From Balanoglossus misakiensis (lineage: Eukaryota > Animalia > Hemichordata), in assembly GCA_040954595.2 (NCBI GenBank), contig CM082587.2:5444206-5508205 (forward strand): DNA of 64,000 nt, given 5' to 3'. The translations under genes and the position numbers were made by a program. Shown piece by piece: positions 49,650-64,000 of this stretch. The notes beneath the pieces were generated by a model. The model saw nothing but the letters and a program-made list of their open reading frames with translations. It was not told the origin of the DNA and did no database searches. Every line of letters starts with the position of its first letter. The first letter of the stretch is position 1.

Positions 49650-52600
49650 TGTCGAAACGACGAAAATTTTCAGCTATAACCCATGGTTTTTATCAAAAAA
49701 TGACCAAATTTTGAAATTTCGCGAAGTCGAAAAATTGACATTTCTGGATGATTTTCATGGGCTATAACCCATGGTTTTTATCAAAAAATGACCAAATTTT
49801 GAAATTTCGCGAAGTCGAAAAATTGACATTTCTGGATGATTTTCATGGGCTATAACCCATGGTTTTTATCAAAAAATGACCAAATTTTGAAATTTCGCGA
49901 AGTCGAAAAATTGACATTTCTGGATGATTTTCATGGGCTATAACCCATGGTTTTTATCAAAAAATGACCAAATTTTGAAATTTCGCGAAGTCGAAAAATT
50001 GACATTTCTGGATGATTTTCATGGGCTATAACCCATGGTTTTTATCAAAAAATGACCAAATTTTGAAATTTCGCGAAGTCGAAAAATTGACATTTCTGGA
50101 TGATTTTCATGGGCTATAACCCATGGTTTTTATCAAAAAATGACCAAATTTTGAAATTTCGCGAAGTCGAAAAATTGACATTTCTGGATGATTTTCATGG
50201 GCTATAACCCATGGTTTTTATCAAAAAATGACCAAATTTTGAAATTTCGCGAAGTCGAAAAATTGACATTTCTGGATGATTTTCATGGGCTATAACCCAT
50301 GGTTTTTATCAAAAAATGACCAAATTTTGAAATTTCGCGAAGTCGAAAAATTGACATTTTTTGATGATTTTCATGGGCTATAACCCATGGTTTTTATCAA
50401 AAAATGACCAAATTTTGATATTTCGCGAAGTCGAAAAATTGACATTTTTTGATGATTTTCATGAGCTATAACCCATGCTTTTTTAAAAAAAATGAAGAAA
50501 TTTTGATATTTCGGAAAGTCGAAAAATTGACATTTTTTGATGATTTTCATGAGCTATAACCCATGCTTTTTTCAAAAAAATGAAGAAATTTTGATATTTC
50601 GGAAAGTCGAAAAATTGTGATTTTTTGATGATTTTCATGAGCTATAACCCATGCTTTTTTCAAAAAAATGAAGAAATTTTGATATTTCGGAAAGTCGAAA
50701 AATTGACATTTTTTGATGATTTTCATGAGCTATAACCCATGCTTTTTTCAAAAAAATGAAGAAATTTTGATATTTCGGAAAGTCGAAAAATTGACATTTT
50801 TTGATGATTTTCATGAGCTATAACCCATGCTTTATTCAAAAAAATGAAGAAATTTTGATATTTCGGAAAGTCGAAAAATTGACATTTTTTGATGATTTTC
50901 ATGAGCTATAACCCATGCTTTTTAAAAAAAAATGAAGAAATTTTGATGTTTCGGAAAGTCGAAAAATTGTGATTTTTTGATGATTTTCATGAGCTATAAC
51001 CCATGCTTTTTTCAAAAAAATGAAGAAATTTTGATATTTCGGAAAGTCGAAAAATTGACATTTTTTGATGATTTTCATGAGCTATAACCCATGCTTTTTT
51101 CAAAAAAATGAAGAAATTTTGATATTTCGGAAAGTCGAAAAATTGACATTTTTTGATGATTTTCATGAGCTATAACCCATGCTTTTTTCAAAAAAATGAA
51201 GAAATTTTGATATTTCGGAAAGTCGAAAAATTGTGATTTTTTGATGATTTTCATGAGCTATAACTCATGCTTTTTTCAAAAAAATGAAGAAATTTTGATA
51301 TTTCGGAAAGTCGAAAAATTGTCATTTTTTGATGATTTTCATGAGCTATAACCCATGCTTTTTTCAAAAAAATGAAGAAATTTTGATATTTCGGAAAGTC
51401 GAAAAATTGACATTTTTTGATGATTTTCATGAGCTATAACCCATGCTTTTTTCAAAAAAATGAAGAAATTTTGATATTTCGGAAAGTCGAAAAATTGACA
51501 TTTTTTGATGATTTTCATGAGCTATAACCCATGCTTTTTTCAAAAAAATGAAGAAATTTTGATATTTCGGAAAGTCGAAAAATTGTGATTTTTTGATGAT
51601 TTTCATGAGCTATAACTCATGCTTTTTTCAAAAAATGAAGAAATTTTGATATTTAGGAAAGTCGAAAAATTGTCATTTTTTGATGATTTTCATGAGCTAT
51701 AACCCATGCTTTTTTCAAAAAAATGAAGAAATTTTGATATTTCGGAAAGTCGAAAAATTGTCATTTTTTGATGATTTTCATGAGCTATAACCCATGCTTT
51801 TTTCAAAAAAATGAAGAAATTTTGATATTTCGGAAAGTCGAAAAATTGTGATTTTTTGATGATTTTCATGAGCTATAACCCATGCTTTTTTCAAAAAAAT
51901 GAAGAAATTTTGATATTTCGGAAAGTCGAAAAATTGTCAATTTTTGATGATTTTCATGAGCTATAACCCATGCTTTTTTCAAAAAAATAAAGAAATTTTG
52001 ATATTTCGGAAAGTCGAAAAATTGTGATTTTTTGATGATTTTCATGAGCTATAACCCATGGTTTTTATCAAAAAATGACCAAATTTTGAAATTTCGCGAA
52101 GTCGAAAAATTGACATTTCTGGATGATTTTCATGGGCTATAACCCATGGTTTTTATCAAAAAATGACCAAATTTTGAAATTTCGCGAAGTCGAAAAATTG
52201 ACATTTCTGGATGATTTTCATGGGCTATAACCCATGGTTTTTATCAAAAAATGACCAAATTTTGAAATTTCGCGAAGTCGAAAAATTGACATTTCTGGAT
52301 GATTTTCATGGGCTATAACCCATGGTTTTTATCAAAAAATGACCAAATTTTGAAATTTCGCGAAGTCGAAAAATTGACATTTCTGGATGATTTTCATGGG
52401 CTATAACCCATGGTTTTAATCAAAAAATGACCAAATTTTGAAATTTCGCGAAGTCGAAAAATTGACATTTCTGGATGATTTTCATGGGCTATAACCCATG
52501 GTTTTTATCAAAAAATGACCAAATTTTGAAATTTCGCGAAGTCGAAAAATTGACATTTTTTGATGATTTTCATGGGCTATAACCCATGGTTTTTATCAAA

Positions 52601-55600
52601 AAATGACCAAATTTTGATATTTCGCGAAGTCGAAAAATTGACATTTTTGATGATTTTCATGAGCTATAACCCATGCTTTTTTAAAAAAAATGAAGAAATT
52701 TTGATATTTCGGAAAGTCGAAAAATTGACATTTTTTGATGATTTTCATGAGCTATAACCCATGCTTTTTTCAAAAAAATGAAGAAATTTCGATATTTCGG
52801 AAAGTCGAAAAATTGTGATTTTTTGATGATTTTCATGAGCTATAACCCATGCTTTTTTCAAAAAAATGAAGAAATTTTGATATTTCGGAAAGTCGAAAAA
52901 TTGACATTTTTTGATGATTTTCATGAGCTATAACCATGCTTTTTTCAAAAAAATGAAGAAATTTTGATATTTCGGAAAGTCGAAAAATTGACATTTTTTG
53001 ATGATTTTCATGAGCTATAACCCATGCTTTTTTCAAAAAAATGAAGAAATTTTGATATTTCGGAAAGTCGAAAAATTGACATTTTTTGATGATTTTCATG
53101 AGCTATAACCCATGCTTTTTTCAAAAAAATGAAGAAATTTTGATATTTCGGAAAGTCGAAAAATTGACATTTTTTGATGATTTTCATGAGCTATAACCCT
53201 TGCTTTTTTCAAAAAAATGAAGAAATTTTGATATTTCGGAAAGTCGAAAAATTGACATTTTTTGATGATTTTCATGAGCTATAACCCATGCTTTTTTCAA
53301 AAAAATGAAGAAATTTTGATATTTCGGAAAGTCGAAAAATTGACATTTTTTGATGATTTTCATGAGCTATAACCCATGCTTTTTTCAAAAAAATGAAGAA
53401 ATTTTGATATTTCGGAAAGTCGAAAAATTGTCAATTTTTGATGATTTTCATGAGCTATAACCCATGCTTTTTTCAAAAAAATGAAGAAATTTTGATATTT
53501 CGGAAAGTCGAAAAATTGTGATTTTTTGATGATTTTCATGAGCTATAACCCATGGTTTTTATCAAAAAATGACCAAATTTTGAAATTTCGCGAAGTCGAA
53601 AAATTGACATTTCTGGATGATTTTCATGGGCTATAACCCATGGTTTTTATCAAAAAATGACCAAATTTTGAAATTTCGCGAAGTCGAAAAATTGACATTT
53701 CTGGATGATTTTCATGGGCTATAACCCATGGTTTTTATCAAAAAATGACCAAATTTTGAAATTTCGCGAAGTCGAAAAATTGACATTTCTGGATGATTTT
53801 CATGGGCTATAACCCATGGTTTTTATCAAAAAATGACCAAATTTTGAAATTTCGCGAAGTCGAAAAATTGACATTTCTGGATGATTTTCATGGGCTATAA
53901 CCCATGGTTTTAATCAAAAAATGACCAAATTTTGAAATTTCGCGAAGTCGAAAAATTGACATTTCTGGATGATTTTCATGGGCTATAACCCATGGTTTTT
54001 ATCAAAAAATGACCAAATTTTGAAATTTCGCGAAGTCGAAAAATTGACATTTTTTGATGATTTTCATGGGCTATAACCCATGGTTTTTATCAAAAAATGA
54101 CCAAATTTTGATATTTCGCGAAGTCGAAAAATTGACATTTTTGATGATTTTCATGAGCTATAACCCATGCTTTTTTAAAAAAAATGAAGAAATTTTGATA
54201 TTTCGGAAAGTCGAAAAATTGACATTTTTTGATGATTTTCATGAGCTATAACCCATGCTTTTTTCAAAAAAATGAAGAAATTTCGATATTTCGGAAAGTC
54301 GAAAAATTGTGATTTTTTGATGATTTTCATGAGCTATAACCCATGCTTTTTTCAAAAAAATGAAGAAATTTTGATATTTCGGAAAGTCGAAAAATTGACA
54401 TTTTTTGATGATTTTCATGAGCTATAACCATGCTTTTTTTAAAAAAATGAAGAAATTTTGATATTTCGGAAAGTCGAAAAATTGACATTTTTTGATGATT
54501 TTCATGAGCTATAACCCATGCTTTTTTCAAAAAAATGAAGAAATTTTGATATTTCGGAAAGTCGAAAAATTGACATTTTTTGATGATTTTCATGAGCTAT
54601 AACCCATGCTTTTTTCAAAAAAATGAAGAAATTTTGATATTTCGGAAAGTCGAAAAATTGACATTTTTTGATGATTTTCATGAGCTATAACCCATGCTTT
54701 TTTCAAAAAAATGAAGAAATTTTGATATTTCGGAAAGTCGAAAAATTGACATTTTTTGATGATTTTCATGAGCTATAACCCATGCTTTTTTCAAAAAAAT
54801 GAAGAAATTTTGATATTTCGGAAAGTCGAAAAATTGACATTTTTTGATGATTTTCATGAGCTATAACCCATGCTTTTTTCAAAAAAATGAAGAAATTTTG
54901 ATATTTCGGAAAGTCGAAAAATTGTGATTTTTTGATGATTTTCATGAGCTATAACTCATGCTTTTTTCAAAAAAATGAAGAAATTTTGATATTTCGGAAA
55001 GTCGAAAAATTGACATTTTTTGATGATTTTCATGAGCTATAACCCATGCTTTTTTCAAAAAAATGAAGAAATTTTGATATTTCGGAAAGTCGAAAAATTG
55101 ACATTTTTTGATGATTTTCATGAGCTATAACCCATGCTTTTTTCAAAAAAATGAAGAAATTTTGATATTTCGGAAAGTCGAAAAATTGACATTTTTTGAT
55201 GATTTTCATGAGCTATAACCCATGCTTTTTTCAAAAAAATGAAGAAATTATGATATTTCGGAAAGTCGAAAAATTGTCATTTTTTGATGATTTTCATGAG
55301 CTATAACTAATGCTTTTTTCAAAAAATGAAGAAATTTTGATATTTAGGAAAGTCGAAAAATTGTCATTTTTTGATGATTTTCATGAGCTATAACCCATGC
55401 TTTTTTCAAAAAAATGAAGAAATTTTGATATTTCGGAAAGTCGAAAAATTGTGATTTTTTGATGATTTTCATGAGCTATAACCCATGCTTTTTTCAAAAA
55501 AATGAAGAAATTTTGATATTTCGGAAAGTCGAAAAATTGTGATTTTTTGATGATTTTCATGAGCTATAACCCATGCTTTTTTCAAAAAAATGAAGAAATT

Positions 55601-58600
55601 TTGATATTTCGGAAAGTCGAAAAATTGTGATTTTTTGATGATTTTCATGAGCTATAACCCATGCTTTTTTCAAAAAAATGAAGAAATTTTGATATTTCGG
55701 AAAGTCGAAAAATTGTGATTTTTTGATGATTTTCATGAGCTATAACCCATGCTTTTTTCAAAAAAATGAAGAAATTTTGATATTTCGGAAAGTCGAAAAA
55801 TTGACATTTTTTGATGATTTTCATGAGCTATAACCCATGCTTTTTTCAAAAAAATGAAGAAATTTTGATATTTCGGAAAGTCGAAAAATTGACATTTTTT
55901 GATGATTTTCATGAGCTATAACCCATGCTTTTTTCAAAAAAATGAAGAAATTTTGATATTTCGGAAAGTCGAAAAATTGTCATTTTTTGATGATTTACAT
56001 GAGCTATAACCCATGCTTTTTTCAAAAAAATGAAGAAATTTTGATATTTCGGAAAGTCGAAAAATTGACATTTTTTGATGATTTTCATGAGCTATAACCC
56101 AAGCTTTTTTCAAAAAAATGAAGAAATTTTGATATTTCGGAAAGTCGAAAAATTGACATTTTTTGATGATTTTCATGAGCTATAACCCATGCTTTTTTCA
56201 AAAAAATGAAGAAATTTTGATATTTCGGAAAGTCGAAAAATTGTGATTTTTTGATGATTTTCATGAGCTATAACCCATGCTTTTTTCAAAAAAATGAAGA
56301 AATTTTGATATTTCGGAAAGTCGAAAAATTGTCATTTTTTGATGATTTTCATGAGCTATAACCCATGCTTTTTTCAAAAAAATGAAGAAATTTTGATATT
56401 TCGGAAAGTCGAAAAATTGTCATTTTTTGATGATTTTCATGAGCTATAACCCATGCTTTTTTCAAAAAAATGAAGAAATTTTGATATTTCGGAAAGTCAA
56501 AAAATTGACATTTTTTGATGATTTTCATGAGCTATAACCCATGCTTTTTTCAAAAAAATGAAGAAATTTTGATATTTCGGAAAGTCGAAAAATTGACATT
56601 TTTTGATGATTTTCATGAGCTATAACCCATGCTTTTTTCAAAAAAATGAAGAAATTTTGATATTTCGGAAAGTCGAAAAATTGACATTTTTTGATGATTT
56701 TCATGAGCTATAACCCATGCTTTTTTCAAAAAAATGAAGAAATTTTGATATTTCGGAAAGTCGAAAAATTGTGATTTTTTGATGATTTTCATGAGCTATA
56801 ACCCATGCTTTTTTCAAAAAAATGAAGAAATTTTGATATTTCGGAAAGTCGAAAAATTGTCATTTTTTGATGATTTTCATTAGCTATAACCCATGCTTTT
56901 TTCAAAAAAATGAAGAAATTTTGATATTTCGGAAAGTCGAAAAATTGTCATTTTTTGATGATTTTCATGAGCTATAACCCATGCTTTTTTCAAAAAAATG
57001 AAGAAATTTTGATATTTCGGAAAGTCGAAAAATTGTCATTTTTTGATGATTTTCATGAGCTATAACCCATGCTTTTTTCAAAAAAATGAAGAAATTTTGA
57101 TATTTCGGAAAGTCGAAAAATTGACATTTTTTGATGATTTTCATGAGCTATAACCCATGCTTTTTTCAAAAAAATGAAGAAATTTTGATATTTCGGAAAG
57201 TCGAAAAATTGTGATTTTTTGATGATTTTCATGAGCTATAACCCATGCTTTTTTCAAAAAAATGAAGAAATTTTGATATTTCGGAAAGTCGAAAAATTGT
57301 GATTTTTTGATGATTTTCATGAGCTATAACCCATGCTTTTTTCAAAAAAATGAAGAAATTTTGATATTTCGGAAAGTCGAAAAATTGTCATTTTTTGATG
57401 ATTTTCATGAGCTATAACCCATGCTTTTTTCAAAAAAATGAAGAAATTTGGATATTTCGGAAAGTCGAAAAATTGTCATTTTTTGATGATTTTCATGAGC
57501 TATAACCCATGCTTTTTTCAAAAAAATGAAGAAATTTTGATATTTCGGAAAGTCGAAAAATTGTGATTTTTTGATGATTTTCATGAGCTATAACCCATGC
57601 TTTTTTCAAAAAAATGAAGAAATTTTGATATTTCGGAAAGTCGAAAAATTGTGATTTTTTGATGATTTTCATGAGCTATAACCCATGCTTTTTTCAAAAA
57701 AATGAAGAAATTTTGATATTTCGGAAAGTCGAAAAATTGTGATTTTTTGATGATTTTCATGAGCTATAACCCATGCTTTTTTCAAAAAAATGAAGAAATT
57801 TTGATATTTCGGAAAGTCGAAAAATTGTGATTTTTTGATGATTTTCATGAGCTATAACCCATGCTTTTTTCAAAAAAAATGAAGAAATTTTGATATTTCG
57901 GAAAGTCGAAAAATTGTCATTTTTTGATGATTTTCATGAGCTATAACCCATGCTTTTTTCAAAAAAATGAGGAAATTTTGATATTTCGGAAAGTCGAAAA
58001 ATTGTGATTTTTTGATGATTTTCATGAGCTATAACCCATGCTTTTTTCAAAAAAATGAAGAAATTTTGATATTTCGGAAAGTCGAAAAATTGTGATTTTT
58101 TGATGATTTTCATGAGCTATAACCCATGCTTTTTTCAAAAAAATGAAGAAATTTTGATATTTCGGAAAGTCGAAAAATTGACATTTTTTGATGATTTTCA
58201 TGAGCTATAACCCATGCTTTTTTCGAAAAATGAAGAAATTTTGATATTTCGGAAAGTCGAAAAATTGACATTTTTTGATGATTTTCATGAGCTATAACCC
58301 ATGCTTTTTTAAAAAAAAATGAAGAAATTTTGATATTTCGGAAAGTCGAAAAATTGACATTTTTTGATGATTTTCATGAGCTATAACCCATGCTTTTTTC
58401 AAAAAAAATGAAGAAATTTTGATATTTCGGAAAGTCGAAAAATTGACATTTTTTGATGATTTTCATGAGCTATAACCCATGCTTTTTTCAAAAAAAATGA
58501 AGAAATTTTGATATTTCGGAAAGTCGAAAAATTGTCATTTTTTGATGATTTTCATGAGCTATAACCCATGCTTTTTTCAAAAAAATGAAGAAATTTTGAT

Positions 58601-61600
58601 ATTTCGGAAAGTCGAAAAATTGTCATTTTTTGATGATTTTCATGAGCTATAACCCATGCTTTTTTCAAAAAAATGAAGAAATTTTGATATTTCGGAAAGT
58701 CGAAAAATTGTGATTTTTTGATGATTTTCATGAGCTATAACCCATGCTTTTTTCAAAAAAATGAAGAAATTTTGATATTTCGGAAAGTCGAAAAATTGTG
58801 ATTTTTTGATGATTTTCATGAGCTATAACCCATGCTTTTTTCAAAAAAATGAAGAAATTTTGATATTTCGGAAAGTCGAAAAATTGTGATTTTTTGATGA
58901 TTTTCATGAGCTATAACCCATGCTTTTTTCAAAAAAATGAAGAAATTTTGATATTTCGGAAAGTCGAAAAATTGTGATTTTTTGATGATTTTCATGAGCT
59001 ATAACCCATGCTTTTTTCAAAAAAATGAAGAAATTTTGATATTTCGGAAAGTCGAAAAATTGTGATTTTTTGATGATTTTCATGAGCTACACCCATGCTT
59101 TTTTCAAAAAAATGAAGAAATTTTGATATTTCGGAAAGTCGAAAAATTGTGATTTTTTGATGATTTTCATGAGCTATAACCCATGCTTTTTTTAAAAAAA
59201 TGAAGAAATTTTGATAATTCGTAAAGTCGAAAAATTGTGATTTTTTGATGATTTTCATGAGCTATAACCCATGCTTTTTTCAAAAAAATGAAGAAATTTT
59301 GATATTTCGGAAAGTCGAAAAATTGTCATTTTTTGATGATTTTCATGAGCTATAACCCATGCTTTTTTCAAAAAAATGAAGAAATTTTGATATTTCGGAA
59401 AGTCGAAAAATTGTGATTTTTTGATGATTTTCATGAGCTATAACCCATGCTTTTTTCAAAAAAATGAAGAAATTTTGATATTTCGGAAAGTCGAAAAATT
59501 GTGATTTTTTGATGATTTTCATGAGCTATAACCCATGCTTTTTTCAAAAAAATGAAGAAATTTTGATATTTCGGAAAGTCGAAAAATTGTGATTTTTTGA
59601 TGATTTTCATGAGCTATAACCCATGCTTTTTTCAAAACAATGAAGAAATTTTGATATTTCGGAAAGTCGAAAAATTGTCATTTTTTGATGATTTTCATGG
59701 GCTATAACCCATGCTTTTTTCAAAAAAATGAAGAAATTTTGATATTTCGGAAAGTCGAAAAATTGACATTTTTTGATGATTTTCATGAGCTATAACCCAT
59801 GCTTTTTTCAAAAAAATGAAGAAATTTTGATATTTCGGAAAGTCGAAAAATTGTGATTTTTTGATGATTTTCATGAGCTATAACCCATGCTTTTTTCAAA
59901 AAAATGAAGAAATTTTGATATTTCGGAAAGTCGAAAAATTGTGATTTTTTGATGATTTTCATGAGCTATAACCCATGCTTTTTTCAAAAAAATGAAGAAA
60001 TTTTGATATTTCGGAAAGTCGAAAAATTGTGATTTTTTGATGATTTTCATGAGCTATAACCCATGCTTTTTTCAAAAAAATGAAGAAATTTTGATATTTC
60101 GGAAAGTCGAAAAATTGTGATTTTTTGATGATTTTCATGAGCTATAACCCATGCTTTTTTCAAAAAAATGAAGAAATTTTGATATTTCGGAAAGTCGAAA
60201 AATTGTGATTTTTTGATGATTTTCATGAGCTATAACCCATGCTTTTTTCAAAAAAATGAAGAAATTTTGATATTTCGGAAAGTCGAAAAATTGTGATTTT
60301 TTGATGATTTTCATGAGCTATAACCCATGCTTTTTTCAAAAAAATGAAGAAATTTTGATATTTCGGAAAGTCGAAAAATTGTGATTTTTTGATGATTTTC
60401 ATGAGCTATAACCCATGCTTTTTTCAAAAAAATGAAGAAATTTTGATATTTCGGAAAGTCGAAAAATTGACATTTTTTGATGATTTTCATGAGCTATAAC
60501 CCATGCTTTTTTCAAAAAAATGAAGAAATTTTGATATTTCGGAAAGTCGAAAAATTGTCATTTTTTGATGATTTTCATGAGCTATAACCCATGCTTTTTT
60601 CAAAAAAATGAAGAAATTTTGATATTTCGGAAAGTCGAAAAATTGTGATTTTTTGATGATTTTCATGAGCTATAACCCATGCTTTTTTCAAAAAAATGAA
60701 GAAATTTTGATATTTCGGAAAGTCGAAAAATTGACATTTTTTGATGATTTTCATGAGCTATAACCCATGCTTTTTTCAAAAAAATGAAGAAATTTTGATA
60801 TTTCGGAAAGTCGAAAAATTGACATTTTTTGATGATTTTCATGAGCTATAACCCATGCTTTTTTCAAAAAAATGAAGAAATTTTGATATTTCGGAAAGTC
60901 GAAAAATTGTCATTTTTTGATGATTTTCATGAGCTATAACCCATGCTTTTTTCAAAAAATGAAGAAATTTTGATATTTCGGAAAGTCGAAAAATTGTCAT
61001 TTTTTGATGATTTTCATGAGCTATAACCCATGCTTTTTTCAAAAAAATGAAGAAATTTTCATATTTCGGAAAGTCGAAAAATTGACATTTTTTGATGATT
61101 TTCATGAGCTATAACCCATGCTTTTTTCAAAAAAATGAAGAAATTTTGATATTTCGGAAAGTCGAAAAATTGTCATTTTTTGATGATTTTCATGAGCTAT
61201 AACCCATGCTTTTTTCAAAAAATGAAGAAATTTTGATATTTCGGAAAGTCGAAAAATTGTCATTTTTTGATGATTTTCATGAGCTATAACCCATGCTTTT
61301 TTCAAAAAAATGAAGAAATTTTGATATTTCGGAAAGTCAAAAAATTGACATTTTTTGATGATTTTCATGAGCTATAACCCATGCTTTTTTCAAAAAAATG
61401 AAGAAATTTTGATATTTCGGAAAGTCGAAAAATTGACATTTTTTGATGATTTTCATGAGCTATAACCCATGCTTTTTTCAAAAAAATGAAGAAATTTTGA
61501 TATTTCGGAAAGTCGAAAAATTGACATTTTTTGATGATTTTCATGAGCTATAACCCATGCTTTTTTCAAAAAAATGAAGAAATTTTGATATTTCGGAAAG

Positions 61601-64000
61601 TCGAAAAATTGTCATTTTTTGATGATTTTCATGAGCTATAACCCATGCTTTTTTCAAAAAAATGAAGAAATTTTGATATTTCGGAAAGTCGAAAAATTGA
61701 CATTTTTTGATGATTTTCATGAGCTATAACCCATGCTTTTTTCAAAAAAATGAAGAAATTTTGATATTTCGGAAAGTCGAAAAATTGTGATTTTTTGATG
61801 ATTTTCATGAGCTATAACCCATGCTTTTTTCAAAAAAATGAAGAAATTTTGATATTTCGGAAAGTCGAAAAATTGTGATTTTTTGATGATTTTCATGAGC
61901 TATAACCCATGCTTTTTTCAAAAAAATGAAGAAATTTTGATATTTCGGAAAGTCGAAAAATTGTGATTTTTTGATGATTTTCATGAGCTATAACCCATGC
62001 TTTTTTCAAAAAAATGAAGAAATTTTGATATTTCGGAAAGTCGAAAAATTGTCATTTTTTGATGATTTTCATGAGCTATAACCCATGCTTTTTTCAAAAA
62101 AATGAAGAAATTTTGATATTTCGGAAAGTCGAAAAATTGTGATTTTTTGATGATTTTCATGAGCTATAACCCATGCTTTTTTCAAAAAAATGAAGAAATT
62201 TTGATATTTCGGAAAGTCGAAAAATTGTGATTTTTTGATGATTTTCATGAGCTATAACCCATGCTTTTTTCAAAAAAATGAAGAAATTTTGATATTTCGG
62301 AAAGTCGAAAAATTGTGATTTTTTGATGATTTTCATGAGCTATAACCCATGCTTTTTTCAAAAAAATGAAGAAATTTTGATATTTCGGAAAGTCGAAAAA
62401 TTGTGATTTTTTGATGATTTTCATGAGCTATAACCCATGCTTTTTTCAAAAAAAATGAAGAAATTTTGATATTTCGGAAAGTCGAAAAATTGTCATTTTT
62501 TGATGATTTTCATGAGCTATAACCCATGCTTTTTTCAAAAAAATGAGGAAATTTTGATATTTCGGAAAGTCGAAAAATTGTGATTTTTTGATGATTTTCA
62601 TGAGCTATAACCCATGCTTTTTTCAAAAAAATGAAGAAATTTTGATATTTCGGAAAGTCGAAAAATTGTGATTTTTTGATGATTTTCATGAGCTATAACC
62701 CATGCTTTTTTCAAAAAAATGAAGAAATTTTGATATTTCGGAAAGTCGAAAAATTGACATTTTTTGATGATTTTCATGAGCTATAACCCATGCTTTTTTC
62801 AAAAAAATGAAGAAATTTTGATATTTCGGAAAGTCGAAAAATTGTCATTTTTTGATGATTTTCATGAGCTATAACCCATGCTTTTTTCGAAAAATGAAGA
62901 AATTTTGATATTTCGGAAAGTCGAAAAATTGACATTTTTTGATGATTTTCATGAGCTATAACCCATGCTTTTTTCAAAAAAAATGAAGAAATTTTGATAT
63001 TTCGGAAAGTCGAAAAATTGACATTTTTTGATGATTTTCATGAGCTATAACCCATGCTTTTTTCAAAAAAAATGAAGAAATTTTGATATTTCGGAAAGTC
63101 GAAAAATTGACATTTTTTGATGATTTTCATGAGCTATAACCCATGCTTTTTTCAAAAAAAATGAAGAAATTTTGATATTTCGGAAAGTCGAAAAATTGAC
63201 ATTTTTTGATGATTTTCATGAGCTATAACCCATGCTTTTTTCAAAAAAATGAAGAAATTTTGATATTTCGGAAAGTCGAAAAATTGTCATTTTTTGATGA
63301 TTTTCATGAGCTATAACCCATGCTTTTTTCAAAAAAATGAAGAAATTTTGATATTTCGTAAAGTCGAAAAATTGTCATTTTTTGATGATTTTCATGAGCT
63401 ATAACCCATGCTTTTTTAAAAAAAATGAAGAAATTTTGATATTTCGGAAAGTCGAAAAATTGTCATTTTTTGATGATTTTCATGAGCTATAACCCATGCT
63501 TTTTTCAAAAAAATGAAGAAATTTTGATATTTCGGAAAGTCGAAAAATTGTGATTTTTTGATGATTTTCATGAGCTATAACCCATGCTTTTTTCAAAAAA
63601 ATGAAGAAATTTTGATATTTCGGAAAGTCGAAAAATTGTGATTTTTTGATGATTTTCATGAGCTATAACCCATGCTTTTTTCAAAAAAATGAAGAAATTT
63701 TGATATTTCGGAAAGTCGAAAAATTGTGATTTTTTGATGATTTTCATGAGCTATAACCCATGCTTTTTTCAAAAAAATGAAGAAATTTTGATATTTCGGA
63801 AAGTCGAAAAATTGTGATTTTTTGATGATTTTCATGAGCTATAACCCATGCTTTTTTTAAAAAAATGAAGAAATTTTGATAATTCGTAAAGTCGAAAAAT
63901 TGTCATTTTTTGATGATTTTCATGAGCTATAACCCATGCTTTTTTCAAAAAAATGAAGAAATTTTGATATTTCGGAAAGTCGAAAAATTGACATTTTTTG
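49650..64000. repeat. 88-bp AT-rich tandem satellite array, over 14 kb (about 160 monomers), open at the window end
   Basis: Period 88 (ccatgg at 49681 and 49769). Main monomer: ttttcatgagctataacccatgcttttttcaaaaaaatgaagaaattttgatatttcggaaagtcgaaaaattgacattttttgatga. Two subfamilies are present. Confidence 0.98.

Noticed and set aside
49650-64000. CRISPR-like array, or the short ORFs within it
   Set aside because: Head-to-tail monomers with no unique spacers and no cas genes, in a eukaryotic context; the ORFs are translations of the repeat.

Overview
Intron-rich, AT-rich animal genomic DNA; the gene set and repeats are consistent with a marine invertebrate, possibly a deuterostome, but the species cannot be fixed from the sequence. 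0.3-12 kb holds four closely spaced small-molecule enzymes: an intronless choline-monooxygenase-like Rieske oxygenase (-), a double-hotdog thioesterase-like gene (-), a group II PLP aromatic amino acid decarboxylase of bacterial-like type (+) and kynurenine formamidase (+). Next come a head-to-head C6orf136-like/NELFB pair, a roughly 20-exon TMC1/2/3-class channel gene (-), and two tandem 13-exon ACE2-type peptidase genes (+) that lack collectrin/TM/cytosolic parts and end in GPI-signal-like tails. An orphan terminal exon of an apparent third, inverted paralog sits at 49.3-49.4 kb. An 88-bp satellite array runs from about 49.65 kb to the window end and would lie inside that third gene's last intron. 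Exon boundaries were worked out by hand from splice sites and reading phase; no database searches were run.
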